A stretch of DNA of 64,000 nucleotides from Macrostomum hystrix. Its lineage: Eukaryota > Animalia > Platyhelminthes. The stretch spans positions 4,092,001 to 4,156,000 of the forward strand of contig CATNEN010000037.1 in NCBI GenBank assembly GCA_950097015.1. Reading direction: 5' to 3'. Below the pieces are notes generated by a model. That model made no database searches. It had not been told where the DNA came from and worked only from the letters and a program-made list of their open reading frames with translations. The stretch's first letter is position 1. Each line of letters starts with the position of its first letter. Below, in pieces: positions 61,601-64,000 of the stretch. The translations under genes and the position numbers were made by a program.

Positions 61601-63239
61601 CAACCCTTTATTGGAATAAGTGTTGAAAACCCATAGAAACACATTTTGGAATAGGTCCAAGTCATTTTAATGGCACTTGGCATTAGGTGACTAAATGATG
61701 TGAGTATGTAAACAATTTGTGCACACCAGACAATGCTTTACAAACTCTACAAGAGCATTCCAAATGTTGTCTGCAGATTGTTAACTTTTAAGGGAGGAAA
61801 ACTGGATAACTGGAGGATATACAAAATAGTTGCTAAAATGATTGCTTATTTACCATCTGACATTTGGCCTTTTAACTATTCACATTTAGGGCCAGGACTA
61901 CAACTAAGATATAATAAAAACGAAAGAGAATATTTAGCAACTTATTTTTGGAACTACTAGCCAGAGCTATAGTGAGCTTAGTTAGCTTCACACCTTAAAT
62001 ATGGATAAATAAGGATATATTACTTACTAGAAAAATAAACTTTTGCATTTTGTTAGGCCTAGTAGGCCTACATACAAGGCTTATTCCAATTATAACCAAA
62101 ATCCATGGGGAAATTAGTTTCATGTCAAACAAAACTATAAGGATGGAAGACTGGTTTGATTAAACAAAAATATGCTTGGTTAGCTACACTGTAGCTAGTT
62201 ATAGTTTTATTAGTTTTTTTTGTAAAATAATACTAATTTATATTTAATTAGCTAATTGCCTATATAAATATATGGCTATTAGCATTAGCGGCAATCCTAC
62301 ACTTCCGTTCGGTAAATTATTTTCACATTTGAATTCGTACCACCGAGTCAAATGACGTCGATTGGCAATGTGTCTATGGCCAAAAGTTTGAGCAAACAGA
62401 GTTTAAAGGGGTGTCCATTTAAGGGAGCTGTTGCTTGTGAGCTGCTTGTTTTATTGAGCTTCAATTTCTCATATCTCATATTGGCTACACTTCGTAGATC
62501 CAGCGGACCCAACAGTCCACACCAACACCGTGGAGGGCACATGGGCCCACGCGAAGTGCAAGATCCGCAACATGCATGGCACGAGCGACACTCTCTTTGA
62601 TGCACACATTGAGGAATTTATCTGGTGTCGTCTGTATCCCCAATGTCCATTTGGGGCTAGGCCCTATCCTGTACTGGATTGGACATTACTATCCATTGTA
62701 GACACCTTAATGACCTGCAGACACACGTTAAGTGACTATGCGCTCTAACAGACTGCTACCATGTTCCACTGTTTCAGTTTTGTTTGGTTACATTGTTATT
62801 TAACACGCCTGTTCAAAATTCAGTGTCAAAATAATTTACTGAACGGAAGTGTAGGATTGCCGTATTAGCTATATTGTGAACTAGCCCCTTAAAAATGTTG
62901 TGACATGTATATATATATATATATATATATAGGGCCTATATATATATAGCTGGTTACTACAACTCAAGTATTGTTTAGTTCCTAAAGACTCAGAGTATCA
63001 GACTTAACTCAGACTAAGGTCATATTTCAATGCTAAGGCTAGGCCTTTGACTCTGAGATAGGCTAACATAAAATTGTACTAGATCACTTAGCATTATGGA
63101 AAAAGTCATACAAATTGTATAGTATAAGCCCATACTATCAGCCTTAAAGTTTATGCAGCCAATGCAGGGCCAGCAAAAGAAAAACTTTACAAAGCAAAAA
63201 CCAAATGACCTTACCTTCAGCATATTTTGCTTTTGCCAT
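58619..63239 (-). CDS. MORF4L1: MRG15 (chromodomain + MRG domain); exons 63239-63215, 61068-61022, 60914-60847, 60759-60129, 60045-59654, 58808-58619 (stop position uncertain)
   Basis: Spliced chromodomain MAKAKYAEGEKILCFHGPLLYEAKC...YFVHYQGWNKNWDEWV; MRG domain LLYKFERPQY, VYGAAHLLRL, YDIASPDYQR; phases consistent. Confidence 0.92.
58900..59635. repeat. 30-bp intronic minisatellite (TGCAGTCTCACAGATCATTACTGTTGTCAC), MRG15 intron 5
   Basis: Tandem copies visible. Confidence 0.95.
61241..61517. mobile_element. hAT-like MITE, second copy, 8-bp TSD CTACTGTA, MRG15 intron 1
   Basis: TIRs CATACATGCAGCAAC / GTTGCGCATGTATG; TSD at 61233-61240 and 61518-61525; body homologous to 34360-34638. Confidence 0.88.
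62290..62861 (+). mobile_element. Non-autonomous Merlin (IS1016/ISXO2-like) DNA transposon with about 33-bp TIRs and a C-terminal transposase fragment, MRG15 intron 1
   Basis: TIR GGCAATCCTACACTTCCGTTCGGTAAATTATTT and its near-perfect complement; 8-bp TSD GCATTAGC/GTATTAGC; peptide HTNTVEGTWAHAK...HIEEFIWCR at about 62518-62630. Confidence 0.82.
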
Positions 63240-64000
63240 TTTTGTAATGAGTCAGGCAATAATGACAAGTTCAAAAGTAGGGCAGTCTTAAGTCAAAATA
63301 GGCAATAACTGAAAATAGAAACTAGCTTTGCTTGCCTGTATTTATTGTTCTAAAGGGTCAGTCAATGTAATAAATTAGGCCTAGCTAGGCCTAGTATAAG
63401 AATGAAATGGGTATATAGACTAATGTATTAGGCCAATAGACTAACTCAGCAATAAATTTCGAAACTGTTTTATTTTGTATATTAGCTAGATACGATTATT
63501 GATCTTTTCTATATAGCTGAAATGAAAGCACGAGGCATAATAAAAACCATGCAAATTGAAACGATTTTTCTGTAGTCTTAGCTAGCAGAAAGGCGACTTA
63601 GCTAGCTGTAGCTGACAATAGGCCTAAGGCACAGCTAGACAAAAATTCGCAATTCAATATTTCTGTAGCTAAATAGCTAAGCATAGGCAGCTCTAGAATT
63701 AATTGTAGACCTAATCTCCCAGACTCATCATTAAACGCCTATAACAGTGTATCTAAATATTCCATTGCGATGTACCAAAAATTGAAAACATGCTTTTAAA
63801 AGCTGCAACACGATACAAACGCGCTACACAATAAGGAAAATAATACGACTAAAGTGCTAAGAAAAAAAATAGACTTGCGTGTTGCACGGTGCTTGCGACT
63901 GTTTCCTTCTACCTTTGAATAGTCTTTGTTCCTATAAAAATTTTCTGTATAGGCCTCATGAAAAAGTTATGCTTAATGCTCGAGTACACATTATTTATGT

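Overview
Eukaryotic (metazoan) genomic DNA, not prokaryotic: spliced GT-AG genes, AT-rich intergenic DNA and dense tandem repeats. GC-rich poly-Ala/Gln exons plus minisatellite-filled introns suggest a flatworm such as Macrostomum (inference only). Five conserved genes were reconstructed by hand: an SLC7/LAT amino-acid transporter (-), EXOSC2/RRP4 (+), VPS54 (+), AP-1/AP-2 beta adaptin (+) and MRG15/MORF4L1 (-). There is also an ankyrin-repeat gene, an unrecognised 4-exon type I membrane-protein gene and an orphan ORF. The centre holds a very young, full-length Ty3/Gypsy LTR retrotransposon (23689-32560). Its single Gag-Pol ORF carries an apparent UNR/CSDE1-like cold-shock (OB-fold) RNA-binding domain between the CCHC zinc knuckle and the protease, which is the strongest novelty candidate here. 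Other mobile DNA: a decayed THAP/P-element transposase, a Merlin-type deletion derivative, two hAT-like MITEs with 8-bp TSDs, a TTAA MITE, two tRNA-SINE-like copies and two Helentron-like copies. Most large introns contain their own private minisatellite. Several +1 single-base insertions in essential genes are most likely assembly errors. All coordinates were counted by eye and may be off by a few bases.
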